A stretch of DNA of 63,789 bases, counting the filler, from Octopus bimaculoides (Eukaryota): the NCBI RefSeq assembly GCF_001194135.2. It is 6 parts of 6 records of this genome, joined end to end, with 100 filler letters (N's around TTAATTAATTAA, not from the genome) between each part and the next. Parts side by side here need not be neighbours in the genome. Positions count along the whole stretch, not along the records: positions 1 to 11,927 come from NC_068987.1; positions 12,028 to 19,652 come from NC_068992.1; 4 more parts are not named here. The stretch is one strand, 5' to 3'. This document shows positions 1-12,584 of the stretch, one piece after another (position 1 is the stretch's first letter; every line of letters begins with the position of its first letter). Position numbers and translations under genes: made by a program. The notes below the pieces were generated by a model. The model saw only the letters and a program-made list of their open reading frames with translations. It had not been told where the DNA came from and ran no database searches.

Positions 1-510
1 ATATATATATATATATACTATAAAAGGCAAATCTACTCTGTGTGTGTGTGCATGTTTAAAATTCATACATTTACACAATTCAAAATTTCTTCGATTAAAC
101 AATCGCAATTAATATTCTAAATACAATAAGTTAAGTCACTGCGTCATTTTTTCACTCCAAAAATTTCCTAATAATGAATAAAATCCGTAAAACTACAGGA
201 GTAAACATTTTCTCCCTAATAAAATCTAATTTCCTCTTTCTAATACAAATCCTTTCAACTCCTACTTCCTCTGATGAACCTTTACGAAAAATCAAACAAC
301 AAATACAAAAAGCAAGGAAGGAGAAAAAGAAAACTATCAAAACCTATCAAACTGAAACAATCACATTTCGATACTGTAATGACATATACATACAAAATTA
401 CTTTGCCCCTCTAAAATTAACTATTTCTATTCCTCTGACACATCGTTTCAATTGCTACTTTCTCTTACGAACGATCCAAGAAAAAAGACAAAGAAACGAA
501 GGGGAGTGAG
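1..510 (+). mobile_element. Possible Helitron 5' portion (TATACTATAAAA + short GT microsatellite, followed by a K/R-rich ORF remnant)
   Basis: The start ...TATACTATAAAAGGCAAATCTACTCTGTGTGTG resembles non-autonomous Helitron 5' ends. ORF 174-509 (…KARKEKKK…ETITFRYCNDIY…) loosely resembles Helitron N-terminal low-complexity/'F.Y..I.Y' segments. No 3' end seen. Confidence 0.3.
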
Positions 511-889
511 AGTCAAATGAACAGACACACTGCCAATCATACGTAAATACACACATATATATTTACCTATGGTTACCAATGACCTCATTCTAATTAGCGG
601 GAATTATAAGTTTACTTTCCATTTCTAACACCGTCATTTACCAGCGAGACATGTTTCTCAAATACGATCAACAAACATTTATTCCCTACAAACTGTGATT
701 TTTTTTTGGAAAATTTTTTCGTAAATCTTCAGATTAACACCAGCATTATTACCTACCTAACCTTAACACTGTAGTGAAAATCGTACGGGTGTTAATCTGA
801 AAATTTAACAATCCTTTTTAAAACACTTTTACTTACTAACATCTTTTTTATTTAGTGTGTGTGTTGCCCATATATATATACACTTAAGA

Positions 890-1108
890 CTTAGTTGTGG
901 GTCACACTACAGCAATTCACCACATTCCAGAAGTTACTTTGAACATAATGTAAAACGGTGCATCATCATCTACTGCCCAATCTGATAGAATTCTGGCAGA
1001 ACTGTGTAGCAACAGATTGCCAGCAATTGCTTCATCATAAATTGCCGTCCTAGCTCCTGCGAAAAGGAATTACCCTGCTATGTATAATCAAGCCACTCCT
1101 GCGCCTAT

Positions 1109-1187
<79 letters not shown>

Positions 1188-1265
1188 AACTGGTTTGTAT
1201 TTCATGAAAAGTTGAATAATGATAGACGAAGTAATGTCTGCGGGATTTGAACTCCAATACACGGG
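890..1265 (-). pseudogene. Highly decayed Tc1/mariner transposase fragment interrupted by (CA)n(TA)n
   Basis: Minus-strand remnants YWSSNP (cf. YWSDENP) and DDDAPFY (cf. QQDGAPPHY), with multiple stops and frameshifts. Confidence 0.35.
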
Positions 1266-2878
1266 ACTAAATAACTCTCTTTCTTTTTAATACACCATTC
1301 TTTTCTGAAGAGACAATCGAAAGCCTTGGAAGACATAAACACACATTTGCAAATGTTTGCTAACTTCGGGAATGTTAGAGTTTATATGATGCAGTTTAAG
1401 AACATAATGTAGATAAATAAGACGAAACTCTGTGCATTGTTATACAGTGTAGTATATAGTGCTGTGTTATGCAAGTAAGTGTGGATGGATGAGAAGATCA
1501 GAAGAATGTCGGAATAATTACTTAACTTGCGCAGTTTAGTTATTCAACATTCAGATCTGAAGTCAACCGGAAATTAATTTCGCTTTCGCTACTTGAAGGT
1601 CGATAGGATAAAACTTGTTATTAATCTATATTAAACTGTGTTTAAAAAGCTAGTAAATTTACAAACCTTCCAAACTTATAAGGATCGAAAGGATATGCTA
1701 AATCTACAATAAGTAATCATCAAAAGTTAAATGATTTAATGTTATGGCTAATACAAGCTGAGATAAACATGATATATAAGTGGTTTTTTTTATATATGAA
1801 TAGCTATAAAATGTCTGTAGATAGAGAGGAAAGAGAAGAAAGTTGGTCATCGGTGGAGAGCTTTTAGCTTTGTAACAATCGAGAATAACGTGGTAGAGAT
1901 CTATATATAGATATATTTTGTATGCGTACGTGCATGTGTGGGTGTGTGTGTGTTGGTGTTCGCACGGGCTTTTGTGCGCATAAATATATAGAGAGAGGGA
2001 GTCAGAAAATCGTGTATGAGTAGAGCAATATTATTACAATGAAGGGGTGAGAAACACATCCGTTCGTAATTAGCATCTATCTCTAATAGGTCGATCGACC
2101 ATACAGAGGCTCTCTGTATATGAGATACTTACAGTAAATTGCTTCGGACTTTTTATGAATGGGAAATGTTCGTATAGAACAGATGTGAAATATCAGAGCA
2201 TGAAACGAAAAAACATTGTTTGGTATTTAGAGCCTCAGCCTGGAACAAGTTTTCTCAAACTGGAAAACGTGGGTCAAGATCATAGTTTAAAAAATCAGGC
2301 ACTTGGTTTCGTGTCATGTATTCACTTACTAATTATTTAATCGTTTCTATTTTGGTTCCATTCATTTTCTGACTGTAGAAAATTGTTTACAGACTTTTCA
2401 AAACAAACAGATAATTACAATATTACCTTCTAGCACGTACACACACATTCATACAAACCGATACAAACATCATCGCACATGCATCTCAACCTGAAGGAAC
2501 ACCACTTTTGACTGGACTCATCATCAGTTATCTAGTTCGAAAAACAAAGGATAGAACTAGGTAAATTCTAGTCTTTGTTTTGAGAGTTTGACATTCTTGG
2601 AACGCTAGGACTGTGGTTGGCGTCGGTGCATTTAGGAACCTCGGAATTTGACTAAGAGCAGAGAATCGAACCAAATACACAAGAAATCCCGTTGAATATT
2701 GCCACAGTTCCGCCAATCCTCTGCTTGTTGAATTCAGTTGGAAATAATATTAGTCAGCAATTTCTTAATAAATACATGGAGACATCCAATCCGATAGATA
2801 TATACTTGTTTCGAGGTTAACATGTAACAGAGTGCATTAGAAAGGAAATATATCTATGGTTTTTCAACGATGTATTTA

Positions 2879-3416
2879 GGCGTAGGAGCGTCTGTGTAGT
2901 AAGTAGCTTGCTTACGTACCACATGGTTCCGGTTTCAGTCCCATTGCGTGGCACCTTGGGCAAGTGTCTTCTACTATAGCCTCGGACCGACCAAAGCCTT
3001 GTGAGTGGATTTGGTAGACGGAAACCGAAAGAAGTCCGTCGTATATATATNNNNNNNNNNNNNNNNNNNNNNNNNNNNNNNNNNNNNNNNNNNNNNNNNN
3101 NNNNNNNNNNNNNNNNNNNNNNNNNNNNNNNNNNNNNNNNNNNNNNNNNNNNNNNNNNNNNNNNNNNNNNNNNNNNNNNNNNGTGTGTGTGTGTGTGTGT
3201 GTGCGTTTATGTGTCTGTGTTTGCCCCCCCCCCCCAACATCACTTGACAACCGATGCTGGTGCGTTTACATCCCCGCAAATTAGAGGTTCGGCAAACGTG
3301 ACCGATAGAATAAGTACTAGGCTTACAAAGAATAAGTCCTGAGGTTGAATTGCTCGACTAAGGGAAGGGCGGTAGTTCAGCATGGCCACAGTCAAAATGA
3401 CTGAAACAAGTAAAAG
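2879..3416 (+). mobile_element. Octopod tRNA-derived SINE, family A (long type with internal TA/GT microsatellite; contains an N gap)
   Basis: Decayed tRNA-like head, body GGCACCTTGGGCAAGTGTCTTCTACTATAGCCTCGG…GTGAGTGGATTTGGTAGACGGAAAC, and tail CAGCATGGCCACAGTCAAAATGACTGAAACAAGTAAAAG. The same sequence recurs at least 6 times in the window. Confidence 0.9.
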
Positions 3417-3514
3417 TGTATAAAACTACATTGGTAATATGTTTAATGACAGCGATACACTTGTCTTAAAACAGATATTATACACACATACTTAAATACT
3501 AATATGTGCACAAA

Positions 3515-3735
3515 GGCAGGGAGCTCGCAGTATCATTTGCACGCCGGAAAAAATGCACAGCGATATTTCTTCTGTCTTTGCATTCTAAGTTCAAACACTG
3601 CCGAGGTCAACTTTACCTTTCATAATTTCCAAGATTATAATTTAAGCGCTAGTTGAGCACTGGGGAAAATGTAATCGAATCCCCCAAGCTCCCCCAAATA
3701 TTTGAGGTTTTGAGCTTATAATAAAAGGAGAAAAA
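3515..3735 (+). mobile_element. tRNA-derived SINE, family B (diverged)
   Basis: GGGAGCTCGCAGTATCATTTGCACGCCGG…GCCGAGGTCAACTTTACCTTTCAT…; aligns with the well-preserved copy at 20926-21158. Confidence 0.8.
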
Positions 3736-4830
3736 ATATATGGACGAACGTATATATTGTTCTTAAAGTAATAAATCCTGAAGTACATGTTGTACAGGTA
3801 TCGTTTTCCCTCACAAAAAAAAAAAAAATCTCGCTCGTTACTATCACACTCTCGGTCAGTTTCTACTGATGTACAGTATGTTTTATATTCAACTGGCAGT
3901 AAGTCAGTTGACACACGAACACATGTAAGCATACACATGCGTGAGTTAACGTAAACAGACAAACACACACACACGCACATACAAACACACACTCATACAT
4001 CATGTACATATAAATATAATACGTACAGAAATCGATAGACAGAGAGATACATAGACAACCAACTACGTGCAGCTAAGTAATGTGGCTGCACGATATAGAT
4101 TTCCGAGGGGGCACTATAAACATATGCACAGGATTTTCCCAGTAACTTCAGTTTGAATAATGGTTTGATGTATTAATATTAATTCTCAATTCTGCTGAAG
4201 TGGTTAAATTTGGCAATTCAAGCGAATATTAAGTAATAACTTTCAATCACTTTCAGTTTAGGAAACAATAAATGTGAAGTGGTGGTTAAAAATCCTGCAC
4301 AATATTGGTGTTAAATCGTTTAGTGAGGGTATTGCTTTTTTTTTTCATGTATTTTTTTTAATAACATATTTCAAATTTCAAAGTAAAATTGAAAGCACTT
4401 AGGTGTAAATTAAAAGTCAGAGGTGAATAAGTAGCGTAGGATGATATCGAGTGTTTTGAAATTTTTTGTAGGCTTTTTTTATTTTTATTTTTTTAACAAA
4501 CAACATTTTTTGTAAATCAAAATACGAACAATTCAATTTTGCTTCGTGTGTCTGATATGCGTAAAATCAATAACTGAGTATATTTTCTGCTGAACTCAGA
4601 ACCCCACTTTCTATTCGAGATGAAAAGGAACAGGAAATAGATATTACCACAGATGATTACATTGTAAAGAAAATTCAAGTGTCGGACTGACAGAAGTTGG
4701 TCTGTTCTATTATTGGATTATAATTTTATAAGTATTACAGCGTACGTTAAGTAAGATATAGTTTTTATTCAATGAAAAGGGAATATATTAGCTGGCTAAT
4801 GATTAAAAGTAACATCTACTGTATTAAATA

Positions 4831-5018
4831 TTGGTTTCCTAATTTGGCACAAAGTCATCAACAATTTTGTGGAAAGGATAAGTTGATTACATCGAATCCA
4901 CTGCTCACCTTGGAATTATTTCATCTACCGCGAAAAGATGAATGGCAAAGTCAACCTCAGAACGTATGGACAGATGAAATACTTGCAAGCATTTTGGCCG
5001 GCATGCTGACGATTCAGC
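4831..5018 (-). mobile_element. SINE family B (diverged)
   Basis: The reverse complement reads GGCAAAATGGCTGAATCGTCAGCATGCCGGCCAAAATGCTTG…GAGGTTGACTTTGCCATTCATCTTTTCGCGGTAGATG. Confidence 0.7.
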
Positions 5019-6031
5019 CATTTTGCCTCTTTCCAACTAATAAAAGTTTCTCTAACTTGAATTAAGCCGATCTTATTAACTAATAAGCTTTGATGACTTT
5101 GTTATAAAGTTTTTACAAATCGCTAAGTAGGGAAATGATTCTTTGGTGTAGGGCTATAAATATTTTCTTCAATATCTTGTAATTCTCTTTCTTGTGCACT
5201 AAACATACGAAATTTTCGTGCACTAAATGCATGAAAACATCGTGCATATAACACCTAACTTAATGGTTGAACACTGTATGTTATGCAAATTTGTTATTCT
5301 TAGAGATGTTTATATATTGGGAAAATGAGTTGGCAGTGCTATTTTTTAGTGTGAGAGCATTTGTGTTCAAGTTCGTTAATACCATAGTGATGAGGTGACG
5401 TAGAGTATTGGCTACCATGGCGGTAGTGCTTATCGTTTTAGTCGTTTTGGTAATGTATTATATTGGCTTCATAATAATTTTTGACGTGTCGCTGCTGTGA
5501 TTTTGGTGATAGTAAAGCTGGTTGATTGCATTTTGTAGTTGAATTGTTTACAATAATATTGATGGTGGTAATGGTTATTGTGGTGGCTTTGATAGTGCAC
5601 GTTCCACGATGATGTCGGCTGTAATGGTTATGGTCTCAATGTTCGTTCTGGTGTCGATGGGCATTCCGTTTGTAGTGTTTTGATGACAAAATGTTTATAT
5701 GGCCGTGGTAGATGACGTCGGGGTGTAGATGTTGTGATAATGTCAACAAAATAAGATACAGAAAAATAATCAAACAGTGAGTAAAGTGGATAGTTGAATC
5801 AGAGAAACTATTTGTTTTGTAATTCTTCCTAATATATGAGCAAACATGATTTTATTCTCAAACACCAGTCACTTACAGACTTTTAAGAAATATGATACAT
5901 AAAATTTAACCCTTCCGATTGGCTATGATGAAACATGAACTAAATATAAATTAGTTATTTATTTTCTTTAAAATGTGCATACATATACAAAGATACACAC
6001 ATGTATTTATATGCGAATGTATGTACGTATG

Positions 6032-6086
<55 letters not shown>

Positions 6087-6133
6087 NNNNNNNNNNNNNN
6101 NNNNNNNNNNNNNNNNNNNNNNNNNNNNNNNNN

Positions 6134-6181
<48 letters not shown>

Positions 6182-6197
6182 TAAATACATAGATATA

Positions 6198-6237
<40 letters not shown>

Positions 6238-7304
6238 TTTGCTGTGCATGTGTGTGTGTGTGTGTGTCTGTGTGTGTGCGTGTGCATCAAACTGTCTATT
6301 TATTACGTATACATGTATATGATAGAATTTATTGCATTTCTTAACTCAGAAAGAAACTGAAGAATACATTTTAATTTGTGAGTAAATAGCTAATTACCTA
6401 GGGAGTTATGAATATCATAGATATACGTATATACATACATGCAGATATATATCTTTGATATACATACTTATATGAGTGAATGTGTATGTGAATAAGAAGG
6501 TACGTGTTAAGTGTAAGTGCTTGTTGCAAAGTGCGTAGTTAGACGGTGCTTTTTTTCTTCAAGCAGAAACTCGCTGTTATGCATGTGTAGTATATATACA
6601 CACACTCTCACACACATAGATAAATAGAAGTAAATGTAATATCTATGTTTTTATCTATCTGCTTATGTATCGATCTAAATATATATATNNNNNNNNNNNN
6701 NNNNNNNNNNNNNNNNNNNNNNNNNNNNNNNNNNNNNNNNNNNNNNNNNNNNNNNNNNNNNNNNNNNNNNNNNNNNNNNNNNNNNNNNNNNNNNNNNTAT
6801 ATGAGTGTGTGTGTGTGTATATGTGTGTCTGTGGGGTAGAGTGATTATGTACGTATGCTTAAATTGTTTTAATGGAGTTTGAATCACTGTCTAAAAGCCA
6901 TCTTTTTTTGCTTGAAAAATAAATTTCATGTAATCTAATAATGATAAAAATTAATTAGTTTATTTTAATTTAAGTACAACATGCCATTCACACCAGTTTT
7001 TACATTATATCACATGCTACATTAGTTTAAGTTTACATTGGCAGGCAATCCATTATCATTGACAGAACCGTTGGCGGACGTATGTAGACAAAACTAAGTG
7101 CAAATTATTAACAGGCCAACGAATGAATCTCCATGTGCATGCTGAAATGAACTAAGAAGAATGTATATACCATCACTCATCACAAGTGATCCGGCATTAG
7201 GTCGTATGACCTCTAGACATCTGCTCTCATATCATGCACTTTTCTATTCGAAGACTCATTCATTGACAAATAAATTTTGATATCATCTTTAACTATTAAG
7301 AGTT

Positions 7305-7484
7305 ATAAGGTGGTGAGCTGACAGAGTCGTTTTCCGTTCTGAGTTAAAATTCCACCGAGGTCAATTTCACTTTTCCATCCTTTCGGGATTGAGAAAATAA
7401 GTACCCGTTATGAACTGGAGTCGATATGATTGACTTACCACCTCCCACGAAATTTCAGACCTGGCGCCTATAGTAGAAAGGATT
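7305..7484 (+). mobile_element. SINE family B with internal deletion
   Basis: TAAGGTGGTGAGCTGACAGAGTCGTT…TTCTGAGTTAAAATTCCACCGAGGTCAATTTC…CATCCTTTCGGGATTGAGAAAATAAGTACC. Confidence 0.8.
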
Positions 7485-7637
7485 AAGCGCTATGAGCTTG
7501 TTAAGGGATTTTTATTAATCACCATCTTTTCATTTACTATTTGATTACAATTATCTGGGTAGCGATTCAGTTAGTTAGTTATTTTATTACCATGCTAATT
7601 TGTAGATATCAGGCACTGGAAGAAATAATTACAATTG

Positions 7638-7670
<33 letters not shown>

Positions 7671-7774
7671 TAGATAGATAGATAGATAGATATAGATATA
7701 GATATAGATATGTAATTATTCACACGAGTAATATACTGCAGTTGAGCTTGGTTATTAGGAAATTCCTTGTTTGG

Positions 7775-7925
7775 CACCAAAATTCTAACACATTCCAAAT
7801 TCGCCCAAGTCCACTCTGCTATTTGTTCTTGCAAGGTCAATAAAATAAGTGCCAATCAAGTATCGGTGTCCAGATAATAGACTTTTAACTCCCAGTTTTA
7901 GGCACTATGTCTATATTAAAAATTA
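7775..7925 (+). mobile_element. SINE family B, very diverged fragment
   Basis: …AAATTCGCCCAAGTCCACTCTGCT…AAGGTCAATAAAATAAGTGCCA… partially matches the family B core. Confidence 0.45.
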
Positions 7926-10234
7926 GAATTTTTAATATTATTGAAGTGGTCTTGTATTATATAGAGATAAGTTCAAATTTTCTCGCTAACACGAATCAGG
8001 CTTCGGTGTAAAAAAAATATATAAAAAAATCATAAAATCAAAGTCTACTTTTTGTGGAATAGTAAAACATGCAACTGTAATTTGTAAATTCCTGAGGCTA
8101 AAAACCATAACAACAATATTTTCATTTTAAGTCTATGTGAAATATTTTGCTTTTGCTATTGCGTTTTTATTTATGCTACATCTTTAGGTGATGCTGAGAT
8201 TGTAATGATAGTAATTTACAAATTTCTGTAACATTTCTCACCATTCCACTGGAACCAACTCTCCTTTTTTATCCAACTAGTTTCCATTAACAGAAACCAG
8301 TGATAAACTAAGTTATGCTTCACTGAGCCGGTCAGATTAAAATCGAAACATGTCTGATGTTGATTCTCGTATTTGCTGGCAAAATAAAATTAATATTAGT
8401 CATTGATAAATATCTTTTTTCCCTCACAACATAGTTATTTGCAGTTAGCTTTATAATGGCCTCTGCTTTTAAAGTGTCAATACTAACTTACGTAATAAAT
8501 ACACAATTTTGTAATGTACTCAAAATAAATACAGTTCTATTAGGAAATGTGTATTTGAGCATATTCAAAGCAAGCAGTATGCATGCTGTATTTTGTTTTT
8601 ATTTATTCAGTGGTAATGCGTTGTGTAAATGACATTCGTAGGTCTTCCATCATATATGAGACTGATTTGGTTGATATTTAGTTAGCAATCATATTTTGTA
8701 TGAAAGCTGTAGGCGCAAAGAGATTTTCCGAATCTATTGGAATGAGGGATGGGGAATAGTGAATAATGAGGGTGATTGTTAGTGGACAAAATTAATGGGG
8801 GAAATAAAAGAAGTAATGGATGTGAATGTGATGAACGTGGGGATATGTGGCATGCAAGGATACAGGTATGAAACTCTGATGTAATAATATTCACCGGAGA
8901 ATAAACAGTGTAAGAGACAAGTATTTGTGATCTACAATTATCTGCAAGAAGTCTACAATTTGCTTGTTTTTCTATATGTTGGAGCACTGTTCTCCCGTGG
9001 ATCATGCATCAACTCTAGGTATTATAACAGAGAGTTGTTTGAACCTTATAAAACTTCTGGATTTGACTAGTGTGTCCCTTTTGCTATTTCACGAGTAAGT
9101 TAATGTCTGCAATCACCATTGAAATGTAACGTCTCTAGCATTCAGTGTTGAAGCAAAAGAACGTTTAATTGAAATGTTCTGTGAACGTGCCTTTGTGCCT
9201 TAAGCAAATATTAGATCTCATTGTCTGCGTTAGAAATTATATTTGTAGGTTTCTATTCACGAGGATCTTACACGTTCGTTGTGAAGAGTCGTAAGTTTCG
9301 TAAGATATTATAAGTGTTGATGATTAAGATGTAAAGCATGTTATCATCTTCACCTAAGACAGCTTGTTAGTGGTGACAGTATAAAGGAATGATGTCGGCA
9401 TAACAACGATTAGAGTGCACATTAGAATTGTCGGAAATTCATCAGTGAGTATACTATCTGAAACAAGGTCTGACTCGGAAGACAAAAAAAGTTATAGAGA
9501 TCATACGCAGTAATAAGCTCAAATAGGACATGTTCGTGCCATATATGACCATGTGCTCTGCTGGTGTCGATTGGAACTACATAATTTTCGTCGAACTTTA
9601 CTCTACCTTAGAAAAATGGAGTAGGCTTCAAGGAAATTTTATTCTATGTAGAGAATTAAAGATGATAGATGTGGAGACTTGTAAGCTTAATGTTTCAGTA
9701 GGTATAATCATAAACGATATTTACTCGTGCTATTAAGTCAGTAATGCGAGCTAAATTGTCAATGGCACTGTTACAGTTATAATACAACGAACAGTATCAA
9801 TAAGAAAATGAAGCAACATATCAGTTCTCAGCGCAAAGATTTCATTTGCATGGGTTTAGAAAGCATAATGTTTAAAAATATGTCGAGGTTTACGAAATGG
9901 CTTTTGAAACAATTTCATGTAAGTTACATTTTTCAATGTGTATTTGTAATGGTTAGAAAAATAAGTTTTGCCTATTTGCAATGAATAAAAGTAATGCTGA
10001 CTTAAAAGTTGCAATAATCCATCTGACAAATTTGTGAGTGTTTCTGTAGCCTAAATACTGGTCTAAATAAATAATATTGACATTTAAGATGTCACGAATC
10101 AATAGAAGATGTTTAATTGAAATGCAGTAAATATACCTTCATACAAAATTCCAGTACCACTGAAGACATCCTAATTAACATTCTTTACATTTCAATTCTT
10201 TCTTATTCTTAGCATCATTGTTTACCAATTGAAA

Positions 10235-10420
10235 GCAGTGAGCTTGTAGAATCGTTTGTATGCTGGGTAAAATATTTTCTCAGTTCTGATTTCAAATACC
10301 GAGGCTTACTATGCATTGCATTCTTACGGGTAGATAAATTACGTACCTGTTGAGTACAGAGGTCGTTTTGATCGAATTATCACTCCCCGAATTTCCTTGC
10401 ATTATGCAAAAATTTGAAGC
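10235..10420 (+). mobile_element. SINE family B (diverged)
   Basis: GCAGTGAGCTTGTAGAATCGTTTGTATGCTGGGTAAAAT…GGGTAGATAAATTACGTACC…. Confidence 0.65.
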
Positions 10421-10757
10421 CACATTTGTGTAACTAAATCACGAACGAAAGAATAATGCGTGCGCTTATCTCTGTCTGTCCATTTGTCTAACTGTATGTA
10501 GGTGCACGAACGGGAAACTCCTTTTCCGAAAATTAATCTTCCTTTCTCGTTCTACATTCATTTTCCTCTAAGCAGTTATGGCAGCAGAAAAGGATTAGGT
10601 CATTGTATCTAAACTGGAACGACAGATTTCCCCGTTCATATTTGATTTTTTTTTCATTTCTATAATATTATTTGCGTTTCTTTATTCCTTAACTTGATGG
10701 GCATTTAACAAGAAGCCGGCGGACACTAAAAATATCCAGTGAGATTTGTTTATTGCT

Positions 10758-10802
10758 GTACCTGAAGAGACACTGACTGATGGTTCTAAACATGTGTTGT
10801 AC
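10758..10802 (+). ncRNA. Degenerate type I hammerhead motif (G12>U)
   Basis: GTAC-CTGAAGA-GA…TC-TAAA-CATGTGT-T-GTAC. Stem I is GTAC/GTAC, the core CUGAAGA is intact, GAAA is mutated to UAAA, and the cleavage triplet is GUU. AATAAA follows immediately. Confidence 0.5.
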
Positions 10803-11927
10803 TTAATAAAGTCTATTACAAGATCCTTCCTTTTGTACTTCCAATATTCCAATGGATAATTATTTCACGTTTAGACAATATCAATACATTTATTCTCCCA
10901 ACATTACATTACATTTGCCTATAATTGCTAAACAATAACTTAACACAGTAATACGATTTATACCTCCTGCTACTACCACAATTATTGTCATAACAATATA
11001 AATAATATCACATATTGTCATACACGGATAAAACTTATAAGAACGTGTTTTATTCATTTTATATATCTTAAATGTTTATGCCTCTTCAATATTATTAACA
11101 TTTCGATTTCATTCAGACAAGGTATATAATCTTGAAAAGATTTTTATACATCTTCTTTTTATAATCTTATTATACGTCTTTTTATACGTCTTCTTATTGT
11201 ATATTTTATATTTTCAACGTTTATGTGACATTACAATTCACTATGTTAATATAGTTCTTGTGCTGATTATTCCAAATATTCTTATTCCATTCACTGTTAT
11301 ATTTTAATATATATATATATATATAATTTAGAGAAAAAGACACTATTGAATAATTCAATAATGAAGAATGTAATTTATACTCTATAGAAAATGAATATAT
11401 CATGAAACTCTTATTCTAATAATCAATAAAGTACATAAAAGAATAACTAGCAAATGATATAAAAATGACTACGTACGTTTCGTAGCTTTAGTTTCAAATA
11501 GATAACTGATAATACCAATTGGATTAAGAATTCGATTAATAATCAAATCGATCTACAATTAAATGTATTCAAAAATATAGACACTCGTCAGGTCTAAAAT
11601 AAAATATAAATAATAATGATAATAATTAAAAATCAATGTGCGCATTATAACTCATAATAAATATCAAATAAATATATAAAACGCTTGTTTTAACCATAAA
11701 TAAATAAATAATCGAAGACCATTTAACAATATTTCTTAAAATAAAATCATAACTTATCTTGTTGAAGAATTGCTTTTAAACTAAAATTTCAAACGTAATA
11801 CGTAGAACTTAGCGTTTATAAGAAATATATCACGTGAAAATACAGCGTAAACAAGACAAATAGGAATAATGAGCTAGAAGTATGTTTCTAAACCATTTAA
11901 GATGACATAATGTATTTTAACTGTGAG

Positions 11928-12027
11928 NNNNNNNNNNNNNNNNNNNNNNNNNNNNNNNNNNNNNNNNNNNNTTAATTAATTAANNNNNNNNNNNNNNNNN
12001 NNNNNNNNNNNNNNNNNNNNNNNNNNN
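11928..12027. other. Synthetic 100-bp scaffold spacer N44-TTAATTAATTAA-N44 (also 19653-19752, 36277-36376, 58715-58814, 60900-60999)
   Basis: Identical geometry five times; the 12-mer has stop codons in all six frames. Confidence 0.97.
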
Positions 12028-12390
12028 TTCTCTAAAAGAAATGGAAAAACTTTCAAAATACAAAGACCTGGAAATAGAGATAACTCGAATGTGGAATCTA
12101 AAAACAGAAACAATTCCTATCATAGTAGGTGCCTTAGGTATAATAAAAAAATATTCAGACAAATACATAACAAAAACACCAGGACTTACAAATATATATA
12201 ACATACAGAAAATTGCACTACTGGGTACTGCACACATTCTACGCAAAACACTTTCAATACAGTAAACATAAGAGCACCACAGCACATACCCAAGGCGCAC
12301 AGAGCTGCGCTCGGTTGTGAAGTGAAAGCACGTTATAAAAATAAAACTACTGAATAATAATAATAATAATAACAACAACAACAACAACAA
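12028..12390 (+). mobile_element. 3' end of an R4/Dong-clade (REL endonuclease) non-LTR retrotransposon with (TAA)n(CAA)n tail
   Basis: ORF EKLSKYKDLEIEITRMWNLKTETIPIIVGALG…QKIALLGTAHILRKTL is the typical C-terminus of REL-type LINEs. A 3'UTR and TAA repeats follow. The 5' side is lost in a gap. Confidence 0.9.
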
Positions 12391-12584
12391 CAAATTACTT
12401 TTATTCTACCACCTAGGTTCATTGAATCATGCAGTATTTCTGTTTCAAGGAGTTTTAAAACTGAGGCGCATTTAAAGGAATATTTCGACAAAACCGAGTG
12501 GAGAGTTGATGCGTTGCACAATATATTAAAACAGGTGAAACTATTACTCCAAATAATAACACAAACTAATCATATTCTTTCATT

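Noticed and set aside
268-290. CTGATGA…GAAA inside ORF 174-509
   Set aside because: No stem II, stem III or stem I pairing; chance match.
2490-2527. Minus-strand CTGATGATGAGTCCAGTCAAAA
   Set aside because: GAAA is absent and there is no compatible stem III or stem I.
8320-8356. GAAACATGTC palindrome resembling an HHR 3' half
   Set aside because: No recognisable CUGANGA core or stem I partner upstream.
8700-8870. IYWNEGWGIV peptide resembling an SRCR-domain start
   Set aside because: The invariant Cys and downstream motif are missing, and in-frame stops flank it.
11972-11983. TTAATTAATTAA 12-mers isolated inside N runs (five occurrences)
   Set aside because: Always N44+12+N44 = 100 bp with six-frame stops: a scaffolding linker, not biology. 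Adjacency across these spacers is also uncertain.
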